Positions 1 through 10,302 of a DNA stretch of 64,000 nucleotides are shown here, piece after piece. Numbering within the stretch: position 1 is the first letter of the stretch; every line of letters begins with the position of its first letter. The stretch comes from a virus (lineage: Duplodnaviria > Caudoviricetes), in IMG/VR virus record IMGVR_UViG_2974670102_000001, positions 198,654-262,653 of that record; one strand, given 5' to 3'. The notes under the pieces were generated by a model. That model saw only the letters and a list, made by a program, of their open reading frames with translations, made no database searches and was not told the DNA's origin. The position numbers and the translations under genes are program-made.

Positions 1-42
1 GCATGTCGGGCGAGAGGTCAACCAGATTTTCACGGAGCAGTG

Positions 43-264
43 ATGAACATATTGAGCTACATGACGGCCGTTGTAGTGACGTCCATACTGGCAGTAGCGG
101 GCGGTGTGGCCGGTGCGCGGTTCGCGACCCGCAAGCAAACGGAACTGGTATCGGCCGTAGTGCCGGGCCTTATTGGCTTTGGTGTAGGCTTCATGTCTGT
201 CATGATCGTGATCTCGCTGCTCACTGACTACATGTTTGCAAAAGGATACATTCATGGCCACTGA
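43..264 (+). CDS. small membrane protein
   Basis: Two hydrophobic segments; GGAG upstream of ATG 43. Confidence 0.7.
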   Translation: MNILSYMTAVVVTSILAVAGGVAGARFATRKQTELVSAVVPGLIGFGVGFMSVMIVISLLTDYMFAKGYIHGH

Positions 265-796
265 ATCCGATCTCGCGTCATTTCTCGACGACTTGAAAGA
301 GGACGCGAAATTCAAGAAGTTTCGGCTGATCTTGAAGAACACGCGCGAGAAGATGAAGATCGAGCGAGACAGGGCCGAGGCGTTGGGCCTCATGGCAAAC
401 CGGACCTCGCGCTCGCTACACGGCCGCAAGCAGTTCAGCCCGAAGTCGTTGCTCGAAGCCACGTCGAACGATCTGAGCGCACGCGCGCGGCTCGTCGAGA
501 TTCGTGTGCGTGCCAAGGTCAACATCGATCTGCTGGTAGAAGCCTGCGACGCGCTGCGAAACCACATCTACACCGAGTACGCGGACGAGATTCGACAGTT
601 CGGATCGTCGGCAGAGCAACGCAAGGCACTGGTGGAGCGAGTGCAGGGCACGGCCCGCACCATGATCGTCGAGGCTAACGCCATGATCGACATGCTCGAC
701 CAGATCATCAAGGACATCGACAGCGCGAGCCATCACCTGCGTCACATGGTGGACGTGCTGAAGCTGCTGGATGGCAGTAAAGGGAAGATCGTATGA
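254..796 (+). CDS. helical protein, possibly UvsY-like recombination mediator
   Basis: All-helical/coiled-coil character, about 180 aa, upstream of a UvsW-like helicase; function is inference only. Confidence 0.4.
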   Translation: MATESDLASFLDDLKEDAKFKKFRLILKNTREKMKIERDRAEALGLMANRTSRSLHGRKQFSPKSLLEATSNDLSARARLVEIRVRAKVNIDLLVEACDALRNHIYTEYADEIRQFGSSAEQRKALVERVQGTARTMIVEANAMIDMLDQIIKDIDSASHHLRHMVDVLKLLDGSKGKIV

Positions 797-1023
797 TCTG
801 GACTGTCATACACGCCATCCTGAGCGGCATTGGCTGGTACTTCTGGGCGCTGTTCGGCATCTTCGTGATAGCGCTCGGCGGCGTCGGCGGGTTCTTCAGT
901 GGCATGCTGTTCGCCTGCTTTGACGCCAATGATGGCCGCGAAGCCCCGCTGATCGTGCTCGGCACGCTGCTCGGGGTGGCAACCTCCCTCATCATCTACT
1001 GCAACTACGCACCACACCCGTGA
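793..1023 (+). CDS. small membrane protein
   Basis: Hydrophobic segments; ATGA overlap. Confidence 0.7.
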   Translation: MIWTVIHAILSGIGWYFWALFGIFVIALGGVGGFFSGMLFACFDANDGREAPLIVLGTLLGVATSLIIYCNYAPHP

Positions 1024-1415
1024 TCGAAAAGTTCTACGAATGGATGCGTGGCGAAATCCTGCCCGAGCTATGGGAGCACTACAACCTACGCCGGGGGCCC
1101 GGGCCGCGAGAAATCGTGGGCCCCGTCCACTGTTGCGTACTGGTAGAACGGCCGTCTGGTCCGTTCGAGTTGATGGTGCTGCGCCAAGACGACAAGGCAG
1201 TTCGCTACGCCACTTATCTGGCTTCGCTGTACGCGAAGTACTGGATCGAAAAGGCTCCGGCTCCGGGCCCATGTCGTCTGCGCCTACACGGAGTGCTTGC
1301 ACGTGCAGCTATCATCGATATGGACCCTTCGTTCACCTACGCGTTCGACGAGGCCATCACCATCGGCGGTGACGTTCCGTCATCAACCACTGTAACCCTG
1401 ACACGGACACAATGA
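1020..1415 (+). CDS. hypothetical protein
   Basis: GTGA/ATGA coupling on both sides. Confidence 0.65.
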   Translation: MIEKFYEWMRGEILPELWEHYNLRRGPGPREIVGPVHCCVLVERPSGPFELMVLRQDDKAVRYATYLASLYAKYWIEKAPAPGPCRLRLHGVLARAAIIDMDPSFTYAFDEAITIGGDVPSSTTVTLTRTQ

Positions 1416-1915
1416 TGAACATCATCATCCTGCGAAACAACAACACCAACATCGATGCATGCGCCTGCTTGGATCGGGACACGAACACGATCCTTGCCTC
1501 GATCACGGCCGATCAGGTCATGAGCCCGATTGGCTCTGTCCAGTTCACGCCCGGCGTCCTGACCAATCAGGAACAGTTCATCCGGGCTCTGCAATTCATC
1601 AACATCGAGTGTCAGAACTCGTACGGCGGCCGGATGCGCCTGAAGCTGGAGAACACGCAGGCCGTGGCCTTCGCGCTTGCGATGTCGGCACTCGTCGACT
1701 CGGACGACGCTACAGTGGTCAGCGCGTGGACGAACCTGTCGTTCGAGATCACGCTGTCGAGCATCACGGATACCGGGGCTTCGCAGTCCGTGCGATTCGT
1801 TGGCAAAAACCTGACTGGCTTGAAGACCATCGTACGTGCCCAGAACGTTACGATGTTCATCCAATCGAAGTTGGGTTCGATCCAACGTCCTGCGGGCACG
1901 AGCATCGGTGGCTGA
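1412..1915 (+). CDS. hypothetical protein
   Basis: ATGA overlap; coding-like codon usage. Confidence 0.7.
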   Translation: MMNIIILRNNNTNIDACACLDRDTNTILASITADQVMSPIGSVQFTPGVLTNQEQFIRALQFINIECQNSYGGRMRLKLENTQAVAFALAMSALVDSDDATVVSAWTNLSFEITLSSITDTGASQSVRFVGKNLTGLKTIVRAQNVTMFIQSKLGSIQRPAGTSIGG

Positions 1916-3449
1916 GGTAAAGCCGATCACGGTGCACGCCCGTGAGGCTTTCTTCATCAAAAAGCAGGACCTCCCATTGGACGTGCGGGAGGAACTGATC
2001 GAGAAGTACAAGTTCCGGTTCTACGAAGACAAGTCGTGCAAGCAGTGCGAATTCTTCGAAGACCGGCACTCGGATGCCTGTGACAACTGCGGCGCGTTCT
2101 TGGGCGGTGCCGACCTAGCGTCTGTCGTCAAGATGGGCGAGAAGGACTTCATCAAGACGCCTCTTGGTGACGCGGGCGGCCTGAAGCAGGTGCTCGAAAA
2201 GAGCGACATCCAGTTCAAGTTCAAGAAGCACTTCCCGGACAAGGCATTCAGTAGGCCGATCAAGTTCACGGGCACGCTGAAGGACTATCAGCCGGGGGCC
2301 GTGGAAGCGATCCTGAAGCGCAAGCGCGGGGTCCTGAAGGCACCACCGCGTTCGGGCAAGACCGTGATGGGCGCGGCGGCCGTATGTCAACTCGGCAAGA
2401 AGACGATCATCATGGCGTCTCAGCGTGAGTGGATCATGGGCTTCCAAGAGACGTTCATCGGGTCCGACACGCAGGCGGCACTGACCGACTGCCGCAAGGA
2501 CAAGATCGGTTTGTGCAAGACGTACGAAGATTTTCTGAAGTACGATATCTGTCTCGTTACGTGCCAGACGTTCTGGAGTGATAAAGGACGGAAGCTTTTG
2601 CGCAAGGTTCGCGACATGTTCGCGATGTTGCTCGTCGACGAAATCCACACGGGTGCGGCACCGAAGTACGCATCGGTTATCGCGGCGCTGAACTGCGAAT
2701 ACAAGATCGGACTCAGCGGTACGCCGAACCGCAAGGACGGCCGCTACGTGCTGATGCGGAACCTGATGGGTCCGGTGATTGCCGATATCAAGGTCGAGCG
2801 CTTGCGCCCGCACGTGCGTCTCGTCAAGACCGCGTATTCGCAGAACACGAAGGGGCAGGTGCAGTGGACGCGACTGGTATCTGGAATCGAGAACAACCCG
2901 CAGCGCCTGAAGCTGATTGCTGAGTGGGCGGTGAAGGACGCGAACAACGGGCACATGATCCTGATCCCGATGGCGCTGACGAAGCCGATTAAGGCGTTGG
3001 TGGCCGCCATCAACAAGATCGCGGGTGCCGAGATCGCGAAGCCGTTCCTTGGGTCCGGCTCGATGAAGAAGACGGATCGAGACCGCATCCTTCAGGAAGC
3101 GCGCCAGTACAAGATCAAGGTGCTGGTGGGGACGACGAAGCTGCTGACGACGGGCACGAACATTCCGCGTGCCTCGGCCCTGTACCTGCTCACCCCGTCC
3201 TCCAACATGGAGAACGCGGAACAGCGCGGGGCCCGGGTGCTGACGCCGTTCGAGGGCAAGCCAACGCCGATCTGGCGTATCTTCCTCGACAACGTTGGCG
3301 TAAGTCGTCGATGCCTAGCGAATGAGTGGTGGGGTTGCATGAAGCCGAAGTTCAAGCCGGTCATGACCGACAAGGACGAGAAGATGTTGCTCGATTACCT
3401 GAAGCAGAAGGGTAACGGTGGCTCGATGGAAGGTCGCATCGAACTGTAA
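1908..3449 (+). CDS. SF2 DNA helicase (UvsW/XPB-like) with N-terminal CxxC..CxxC zinc motif
   Basis: Q-motif LKDYQ, Walker A APPRSGKT, DEIH, motif III LSGT, motif V LTTGTNIP, motif VI QRGARVL. Confidence 0.9.
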   Translation: MAEVKPITVHAREAFFIKKQDLPLDVREELIEKYKFRFYEDKSCKQCEFFEDRHSDACDNCGAFLGGADLASVVKMGEKDFIKTPLGDAGGLKQVLEKSDIQFKFKKHFPDKAFSRPIKFTGTLKDYQPGAVEAILKRKRGVLKAPPRSGKTVMGAAAVCQLGKKTIIMASQREWIMGFQETFIGSDTQAALTDCRKDKIGLCKTYEDFLKYDICLVTCQTFWSDKGRKLLRKVRDMFAMLLVDEIHTGAAPKYASVIAALNCEYKIGLSGTPNRKDGRYVLMRNLMGPVIADIKVERLRPHVRLVKTAYSQNTKGQVQWTRLVSGIENNPQRLKLIAEWAVKDANNGHMILIPMALTKPIKALVAAINKIAGAEIAKPFLGSGSMKKTDRDRILQEARQYKIKVLVGTTKLLTTGTNIPRASALYLLTPSSNMENAEQRGARVLTPFEGKPTPIWRIFLDNVGVSRRCLANEWWGCMKPKFKPVMTDKDEKMLLDYLKQKGNGGSMEGRIEL

Positions 3450-3459
3450 GGAGTTGATA

Positions 3460-3822
3460 ATGAGGATTCACAAGCGGATGCCCGCGCGGCTCCGGAAGAA
3501 GTTGATGCAGAAGCAGCGGCCGTTTGGCACATACACCAGCACGCGGGGTGTTGCCATTCTCGATGCCATCATCGGTAAGGAATTGCCCGGCGTTGGTATC
3601 GAAAACACCATCCAGAAATGCCGCGCCATGTTCGACGAGCGTGCTAACATAGACGCAGAGGCACGTGCGCGGGCCGAGCGTGTTGGACTGGCTGATGAGT
3701 ACAACGAGCAGCAGTACTGGCCAGAAGTTCCGGCAGGGGACCGCGTGGACCTGAAGCGTGGCCGCCGTGGTGGCACTGTAGTGGAATTCGGCGTGGGTGA
3801 TATCCACGTCTGGTCCAAGTGA
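3460..3822 (+). CDS. hypothetical protein with C-terminal KOW/SH3-like motif
   Basis: AGGAG RBS; GDRVDLKRGRRGGTVVEF. Confidence 0.65.
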   Translation: MRIHKRMPARLRKKLMQKQRPFGTYTSTRGVAILDAIIGKELPGVGIENTIQKCRAMFDERANIDAEARARAERVGLADEYNEQQYWPEVPAGDRVDLKRGRRGGTVVEFGVGDIHVWSK

Positions 3823-3828
3823 CGCAGT

Positions 3829-3872
3829 AAATAAGAGGGGCGGACACCCTAGTGTCTTGCCCCTTTTATTTT
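3829..3872 (+). terminator. rho-independent terminator
   Basis: AAATAAGAGGGGC...GCCCCTTTTATTT hairpin with T tract. Confidence 0.75.
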
Positions 3873-3921
3873 GTGTACGAATGGTGTATAGTGCGCGCAG
3901 CACACTAACAGACGAGGACTG

Positions 3922-4698
3922 ATGGAAGCAATCAAGGGCGGGGCTCAGGGCCCCCGGCGCGGGCGTGGCCCGTACCGCAAGAAGGAAACGCCGGTCAAAT
4001 ACGACCCGGCCGATGACATCGCGAACGAGACACCGGCACCTGATATCGACGACGAACCCGCACCGAAGGCCAAGAAAGTAGAGGTCGAGGGTGCCGTATG
4101 TTCGGTCCCGATGCCCAAGGTGATTGAGGTGAAGCGGACGCCCGGTGTGCTGGGCGTCGTACCCGGCTGGGTATGGCGGTGCTCGAAGTTCCGGTGGCAA
4201 CCGCGTGATTTCGGAACCGAGAACGAGAGGTTGCGCGAACGCGTGATCGACAGCAGCGTTCAGGACAGTAGCCTGTGCCGATTCCTCGAAGACCCGACAA
4301 CGCCCATGACGTACTGTGTGGCCGGTTCTCCGGACGACCGGCAGGCCCTGTACTTTGCGGCCTATCTGGTGTCCGAGTTCCAGCGGCGTAGCCACAACGC
4401 AGTCGTCTGGCACAATCTGTACGGAGGGTTCGACAATCCCGTGCTCAAGAAGTACGACGATGACTCGAACATCCCGGACCCGGGTTTGCTGGTGCTCACG
4501 AACCTGAGCCCGCAAGCCACAAACACAAAGCTGGACAAGACGCGTGACTTGCTCACGCGTTTTGCTGGTATCCCGCGTATCCTCGTGGTGGCAGGCGAGG
4601 ACCCGATTTCTTTCTGCGCAGCGCGCCTCAACGTCGAGGTCAATGCGATTGCGTATTTCCGTGGCAACACGTTGAAGCAACGAGTAGAGGTGATTTGA
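3922..4698 (+). CDS. degenerate DnaC/IstB-like AAA+ protein (putative helicase loader)
   Basis: Walker A position YCVAGSPDDRQA lacks GK[ST]; Walker B-like LLVLTNL; lies between two helicase genes. Confidence 0.5.
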   Translation: MEAIKGGAQGPRRGRGPYRKKETPVKYDPADDIANETPAPDIDDEPAPKAKKVEVEGAVCSVPMPKVIEVKRTPGVLGVVPGWVWRCSKFRWQPRDFGTENERLRERVIDSSVQDSSLCRFLEDPTTPMTYCVAGSPDDRQALYFAAYLVSEFQRRSHNAVVWHNLYGGFDNPVLKKYDDDSNIPDPGLLVLTNLSPQATNTKLDKTRDLLTRFAGIPRILVVAGEDPISFCAARLNVEVNAIAYFRGNTLKQRVEVI

Positions 4699-5039
4699 TG
4701 GCAGTAGTCAGAACCGCGCTGTACATTCAGGACCTGCTGGGTCCGCTGCACGAAGCGTACGTCGACTTTCATTACCAGCACGGCCGCAACCTGAAAAACG
4801 ATCCGGACCTTACCCGCGTGTTGCGCGAGACCATTACGAAGGTGTTGGAGACGAACCTAGCGTTAGGCATCATGTGGGGGCTGTACGTGGGCGACTACAG
4901 CACGAGCCGAGCCGTGAACGTGAACGGCAAATGGGAACCCAACTGCGCGGTGCGTGTGTCCATCGACCTGTACGACGTTCGATTCATCATCGACCTGTCG
5001 AGCGTAGGTCCCGTCCTCAGCATGGAGGACGTGGCATGA
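4698..5039 (+). CDS. hypothetical protein
   Basis: GAGG RBS; TGATG overlap. Confidence 0.65.
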   Translation: MAVVRTALYIQDLLGPLHEAYVDFHYQHGRNLKNDPDLTRVLRETITKVLETNLALGIMWGLYVGDYSTSRAVNVNGKWEPNCAVRVSIDLYDVRFIIDLSSVGPVLSMEDVA

Positions 5040-5317
5040 GGATCACGATCAGCACCGAGTACAAGCTGTCGGTCATCAGCGAATGGAAGTGGCTGAACGG
5101 CCAGAAGTCTATCAGCTTCATCGACGGGAGCCCGCGCATCCTGCTGGGTGGCCGCGAGTCCGTAGCGTTCCCGGTGGAAGTGGGCAACATCTACATGCGG
5201 GACCCGAAGAACCCGGGTCTCGATTACAAGATCGTGCGGCCCCGCGATCTCAAGAGCTTCGTCTCGTACGAGACTTATGCTAAAATTCTCGAACTTCAAC
5301 AGGAGGTATGGAAATGA
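5036..5317 (+). CDS. hypothetical protein
   Basis: GGAGG RBS; ATGA overlap. Confidence 0.65.
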   Translation: MRITISTEYKLSVISEWKWLNGQKSISFIDGSPRILLGGRESVAFPVEVGNIYMRDPKNPGLDYKIVRPRDLKSFVSYETYAKILELQQEVWK

Positions 5318-7149
5318 CCGAAGCTCAACTGAACCAGATACGCTCGGACGCTCTTGACCTGACCATCAAGAGCGCGACTCTGGTTGTCGAGGGTTACCTA
5401 CGCAACAACATCAACGAGACGGGCCCGAAGCTGCGCGATGGTGTGACGGCACTGATGCTGGAACGATTCTTTCTCTACTGCTCCGTCGTCATCGTTAAGG
5501 AATCGGGGCGCGTGCGTGCCTCGGTGGATGGCACGCTTCGTGCGTTCCATACCGATGAACTGTCCTTTCAACGCAAATTCGAAGTGGAAGTCCTGAACGT
5601 GGAAAAACCCATCTACATCAACGGTGAAAAAGCGGAACGCGCTATCTGCGCGGCATTCGTGATAGCGAGCGCGGCATGCTCAACGTCGCAGGAAGTGGAG
5701 GCCACGATGCACCGCGAGATTCGGGCGCAGGGCATTCGCAACTACCGCCTTGAGTTGGGCGATCAGCCGACGCTCATGCTCCGCGCGGACCCGGAACGCG
5801 GGCTCGACGCAGCGTGCACCATCAACCTGCTGAGCAGTTCGTCGGTCGCGGAAGCGCCGGTCGCTGTCACGCTGGTGGACGAGAAGCGCAAGAGCAACAT
5901 CATCGAGGACGATGCACGCGAGGCTGCAACCGTCGTGTCCAAGTACGCGCGCAATCTGGCGTACACACTGCGCCGTAGCAGTCCGGCTCAGGTGCGTGCT
6001 GGGCTCACGGCGCAGGTCGAGCAAGCGTTCAGTGAAAAGTTCACGGACATCATGACGAATGTGCGCGTCTACGACGACGTGTCCGGTGCCGAGTTCGAGG
6101 TCACGGCTCGTCACCGGCTCATGCAGGCCGTGCACCACATCAAGTTCCACGTGGATTTCGTGCACGAGTTGAGCATCGAGGAACTGCGCTCGGCTCTCGA
6201 CACGGCCTTCCGTATCAGTGTCGGTGCCCGCTGTGGCAACGACCACAACGCGCATCACGACAAGATCAAGCAAGACCTGACGGACGCGGCGTACGCATAC
6301 GACGAGCACATCCAGTGCGCGTTTTCGTTGCTATCGTCTGCGGCTGGCCTGCAATGCGTTGTCACTGTAGTGGACCCCGAGTATGACCGCGTACCGGATT
6401 CATCCGTGGCGTTCGCACTGTTCGTTCCGGTGGCTGGCATACAGGAGCCGGGAATGGTAGAGCGCGACCCGTACGAGTTGGTCGAGTCGGGTCACGGCGG
6501 CATGAAGGTGGCGCTCGCGAAGCTGGACGATGACGACGTGGAAGACGATCTCGATGAAGGTGATAGTGAGGGATGTCAGTCCGAAGAGCCGCAAGTCGAG
6601 TACGACGTGCCGTCGCGTGGTATGGCAGTCGATATGGCGGCCAATGCATCCCGCCTGCAATCGCAGTTGAGCAAGGACTCGGCCTTCGCGTGGTCGTGGC
6701 ACGACCAATACGCGCAGTCGATCCTGCCGTTCATGAACATGGGCAACAAGCCGGACAAGTTCCTGAAGGCAAACTCTATCGCCCGGCAGATCATGATCAA
6801 CACATGGGGCATCGACTCGAAGAAGCTGCCCGAGTGGCGTGCTGGTGTCGAAGCTGTGGCCGAACGTCTCGAACACGAGCGTCAGGAACGCATCAAGGAT
6901 CGTGAGCGCATCTGGAAACTGGTGTACCAGTCGTGCAAGAACGCATTCAAGGCAGGTATCGATGAGGCTGGTATCGAAACACTGCTCGCGGGCGTCGGTG
7001 ACTCGCTCGGTGACGGCTGGTCCGTCGGTGTCGCGTTCTATCAGCGCTCGGACGAAGAGTACCGGACGGCACGCATTACCGTCCGGAACGAGGATGGTGA
7101 GCGCACGTTCACGGGCCAGTGCTCCGACTACCACCCCGAGAACAACTGA
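5314..7149 (+). CDS. large multidomain hypothetical protein with acidic linker
   Basis: AGGAGG RBS; 611 aa; DDDDVEDDLDEGDSE tract; C-terminal domain resembles the next ORF. Confidence 0.8.
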   Translation: MTEAQLNQIRSDALDLTIKSATLVVEGYLRNNINETGPKLRDGVTALMLERFFLYCSVVIVKESGRVRASVDGTLRAFHTDELSFQRKFEVEVLNVEKPIYINGEKAERAICAAFVIASAACSTSQEVEATMHREIRAQGIRNYRLELGDQPTLMLRADPERGLDAACTINLLSSSSVAEAPVAVTLVDEKRKSNIIEDDAREAATVVSKYARNLAYTLRRSSPAQVRAGLTAQVEQAFSEKFTDIMTNVRVYDDVSGAEFEVTARHRLMQAVHHIKFHVDFVHELSIEELRSALDTAFRISVGARCGNDHNAHHDKIKQDLTDAAYAYDEHIQCAFSLLSSAAGLQCVVTVVDPEYDRVPDSSVAFALFVPVAGIQEPGMVERDPYELVESGHGGMKVALAKLDDDDVEDDLDEGDSEGCQSEEPQVEYDVPSRGMAVDMAANASRLQSQLSKDSAFAWSWHDQYAQSILPFMNMGNKPDKFLKANSIARQIMINTWGIDSKKLPEWRAGVEAVAERLEHERQERIKDRERIWKLVYQSCKNAFKAGIDEAGIETLLAGVGDSLGDGWSVGVAFYQRSDEEYRTARITVRNEDGERTFTGQCSDYHPENN

Positions 7150-7418
7150 TGCCGGACGCCGTACAGGAAATGTTGGCAGCATCTGTTCGTGGAGACGCGT
7201 GGTCGAAGCTGACTAACGCGTGCCTCACGGCAATGCGCTGCGGCGATTCACCGGCCGGTATTCGTGCCGCCGTCGCGGTTGTGGCCGCGCGACTGGGCCC
7301 AGATTGGCGTGTGGTCGTGACCGTGGAACGCCCCAACTGCGTTTTCATGCGGGTCACGAAGAACGCAAACCCTACGCTGGATTTTTCCGGCGCGTGTTAC
7401 CTAACCCCAATGGAGTGA
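7149..7418 (+). CDS. paralog of the C-terminal domain of 5314..7149
   Basis: C..A..G...AGI......LG..W.V.V...F[ST]G.C pattern in both. Confidence 0.6.
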   Translation: MPDAVQEMLAASVRGDAWSKLTNACLTAMRCGDSPAGIRAAVAVVAARLGPDWRVVVTVERPNCVFMRVTKNANPTLDFSGACYLTPME

Positions 7419-7421
7419 CTG

Positions 7422-7796
7422 ATGCTGAAATACATGCGTGGCTTTGATTGTCTGGGTGTTTCCATGGTAGAGGCTACGGGCCCGACCGAAGAAGAGTACG
7501 CGCGGCTGAACGAGAAGATGGCGCGCGAGCAACGTGACTTCGATCTGATGGCCGCAGAAATCGGCAGTCTTCAGCTTGCGGGGACCGCCGACCGTATCAA
7601 CGAGGTCGTGTACGAGGTGGCCAAGCGCTATTTCAAGGAAGTAGCGCTTGTCTGGAACCTGAACGACATCTGTGTGGCCGTGCTCGACGCTGAACTCGAA
7701 ATGATGGTGTGGATTCCGTTCACGAAATTCGGCCCGATGTTTGCAATCGGTGCCGAAGCCGATCCGTATTCGAAAATCGCGGCGGGGAAGAACTGA
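7422..7796 (+). CDS. hypothetical protein
   Basis: GGAG RBS. Confidence 0.65.
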   Translation: MLKYMRGFDCLGVSMVEATGPTEEEYARLNEKMAREQRDFDLMAAEIGSLQLAGTADRINEVVYEVAKRYFKEVALVWNLNDICVAVLDAELEMMVWIPFTKFGPMFAIGAEADPYSKIAAGKN

Positions 7797-8001
7797 TGGC
7801 AGCCGTCCTTGTTGCACTTAGCGCATCCGGTGCCTTCGACGCGCAGCCCTGTCCGTACCTCTTAGTGGAATCGCGTTTCAGCCACCCGGGTCCGCGTCGG
7901 GGCTCGCGATATCCCGGGGCCCCGGGCGGCCGGTACACGGTACACGATGAGCGACACACCGTGTATAACCCGCAGAACTGCACTTACGAGTACGTGGACG
8001 A

Positions 8002-8334
8002 ATGAACGCACATCAGAGACGTATTCGACGCCGGGCCGCGTTTGGCTATCCGGTGGTGCGGGCTCTCAAGGGCTACCTGCGCAAGCTCCGGGCCGGATAC
8101 ATTACGATGGACCCGATGCCGATTTTTCCGATCCCGCCCGTACCCGGGCACGCGATCCCGCTGATGGTGTTCGACTGGATGGGCGCGGACCCGGCGTTTG
8201 CGGCCGACGTGCGTATGGCAGTGGCCACGCGTGAGGCACGAATCCAGTTCACGGTGCCGCGCATGGACCCTGACATGGAGCGCATGATACAGGACGAGTA
8301 CACGGAGCATCTGCGCCGCACCCTGTCCAAGTAA
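8002..8334 (+). CDS. hypothetical protein
   Basis: ATGA overlap. Confidence 0.6.
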   Translation: MNAHQRRIRRRAAFGYPVVRALKGYLRKLRAGYITMDPMPIFPIPPVPGHAIPLMVFDWMGADPAFAADVRMAVATREARIQFTVPRMDPDMERMIQDEYTEHLRRTLSK

Positions 8335-8370
8335 ATAGGTAGTTCCGATCAACCTGTAAATCAAAAACGA

Positions 8371-9744
8371 ATGGCAACAAAAGCAAGCCCACGTGCCGAA
8401 CTAGCGGCGCTACGGGCCATGACGCACAAAGACAAGCGGGTGAGCGGAACCCTTCTCTCGCTGGTCGACGAATCGTACTTCCATTACACCGAAAGCCAAG
8501 AGGTCTATCAGGCGATCTTGCGCCACATGCGGGAAACCGGGACAACCCCGGCCTACCGTATCCTGATCGAGGACCCGCAGGTCTCGGAGCAGAGCCGGAA
8601 GTTCCTGCGCGACAGCCAGCCAACCGTCACCAACATCGACGAGGCGACGAAGACGGCACGCCTGCTCAACAAGTACAGGCAAATCCGGGGCCTAGAAGAG
8701 TTGGCCGTCCAGATCGACCAGACGCTGAACGCGAAGGGCAAACTCGATGTTGGAGCGCTGCTCGAAAACGTGGCGACGGGACTGGCGACGACCCGCAGCA
8801 CCAAGAGCACGAAGGACTCGTTCACGCACTTCGGTGTCGGCAACAACGCGACGGCAATGGTCAAGGACTTGCTGTATGGTGAGGACAACGACGAAATCAT
8901 TCCGACCGGTATCCCCGAGTTTGATCGTCGGTCCGGGGGCATTGCCCGGGGCGCAATGTTCAGCATCGCCGCGACTTCGGGTGCTGGTAAGTCGACAATG
9001 GCAAACGCGCTCGCCATCAACATGGCGACCATGGGCTACAAGGTGCTGATGGTCCCGCTCGAAATGAGCACCAAGGAAATGACGGCGCGGACGATGGCCA
9101 ACATCGGTGACTTCGATGTGACGGATATCCTGCGCAAGAAGCTGGCGGCCGGTGAGCGCGATTTGGTGATGAAGCGGTACAAGCGTTGGGCCAAGAAGGT
9201 GAAGGACGCGGGTGGCCGCTACACGATTTTCAAGCCCGACATGGACATGACAATCGAAGAAGTGGTGGCGGCCACGAATGCCTACGACGTAGATGTCATG
9301 ATCATCGACTATATCTCGCTGCTGAAGGGCGCTGACGGTGATGATCAGTGGCGTCAACTCGGGTCTATCGCCCGATACGCGAAGATCAACGCGGAATCCA
9401 CGAACCGGGTCAACATCTTGCTCTGTCAGTTGAGCGAAGACGGGAAAATCCGGTATTCGCGAGCCATCAACGAGCACAGCAACAACGCGTGGACGTGGGC
9501 CCCGACGAAGGAGCAGAAGGAAACGGGGCTCGTGACCATCGAGCAGCCGAAGTCGCGAAATAGCGAGCCGTTCCCGTTCCCGGTGCGCATCAACTACTCG
9601 CGTATGCGGGTCGAGCAGGCACCACAGTCCGACGATCTGGGTGAACCGGGGGCGCTCGGCGCACCTGTGTCAACCGATCCAAAGTCTGAGCAGAGGCGCA
9701 AACGTGCGAAAGAAGTGCCGAACTTGGCAGACATGAGTGATTAA
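8371..9744 (+). CDS. dnaB: DnaB-like replicative helicase
   Basis: IPTGIPEFDRRSGG, Walker A ATSGAGKST, LEMS, IIDYISLL, LLCQLS, KSRN. Confidence 0.92.
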   Translation: MATKASPRAELAALRAMTHKDKRVSGTLLSLVDESYFHYTESQEVYQAILRHMRETGTTPAYRILIEDPQVSEQSRKFLRDSQPTVTNIDEATKTARLLNKYRQIRGLEELAVQIDQTLNAKGKLDVGALLENVATGLATTRSTKSTKDSFTHFGVGNNATAMVKDLLYGEDNDEIIPTGIPEFDRRSGGIARGAMFSIAATSGAGKSTMANALAINMATMGYKVLMVPLEMSTKEMTARTMANIGDFDVTDILRKKLAAGERDLVMKRYKRWAKKVKDAGGRYTIFKPDMDMTIEEVVAATNAYDVDVMIIDYISLLKGADGDDQWRQLGSIARYAKINAESTNRVNILLCQLSEDGKIRYSRAINEHSNNAWTWAPTKEQKETGLVTIEQPKSRNSEPFPFPVRINYSRMRVEQAPQSDDLGEPGALGAPVSTDPKSEQRRKRAKEVPNLADMSD

Positions 9745-9756
9745 CCGGAGAAGAGA

Positions 9757-10146
9757 GTGAGTGAATATAGGGCATGCGATCAGGAGTGGGGCACGGTCCG
9801 TCGCGAGGTCCGCGACATCGAGAACTCGGGCCTTCCGATCTACCGGCTCCAGTTGATGGATGTGGAGCAGTTCGGGGACCTGTACTACGAACAGCAGCGC
9901 GCAATGTTGCTGCTCGACGATCCTGTACTACGGATCGATGGCAACATCATCCACATCGAGGAACATAAGGCTGACTGGGGGCCTAGTTTCACGTGGCGTG
10001 AGTTCTACGCGCGCATCACGCACGCACGGCCGCTGTCAGGAGGATACCTGCTCGTCAGCCTCAAGATCAGCAGTCGCTGGATCATGGACACGGAACTAGA
10101 GGCCGCACAACGTAATGCTGAACACGAGATCAAGGTATATGAGTGA
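9757..10146 (+). CDS. hypothetical protein
   Basis: GGAG RBS; GTG start. Confidence 0.65.
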   Translation: MSEYRACDQEWGTVRREVRDIENSGLPIYRLQLMDVEQFGDLYYEQQRAMLLLDDPVLRIDGNIIHIEEHKADWGPSFTWREFYARITHARPLSGGYLLVSLKISSRWIMDTELEAAQRNAEHEIKVYE

Positions 10147-10302
10147 TTTTTGGAACGCTGGCCCGGGCCCGGGCCACGAGGCCGACACGATCAAGAAGCT
10201 GCGCCAACTGGGCATCGACCCCCGGTTCTGGGAGAATGCGTCACTGACGTTTGAGGGTGCGCTCGACAGGTTCTGGCGCAGTGCCGATGACTGGAGAGGT
10301 GT

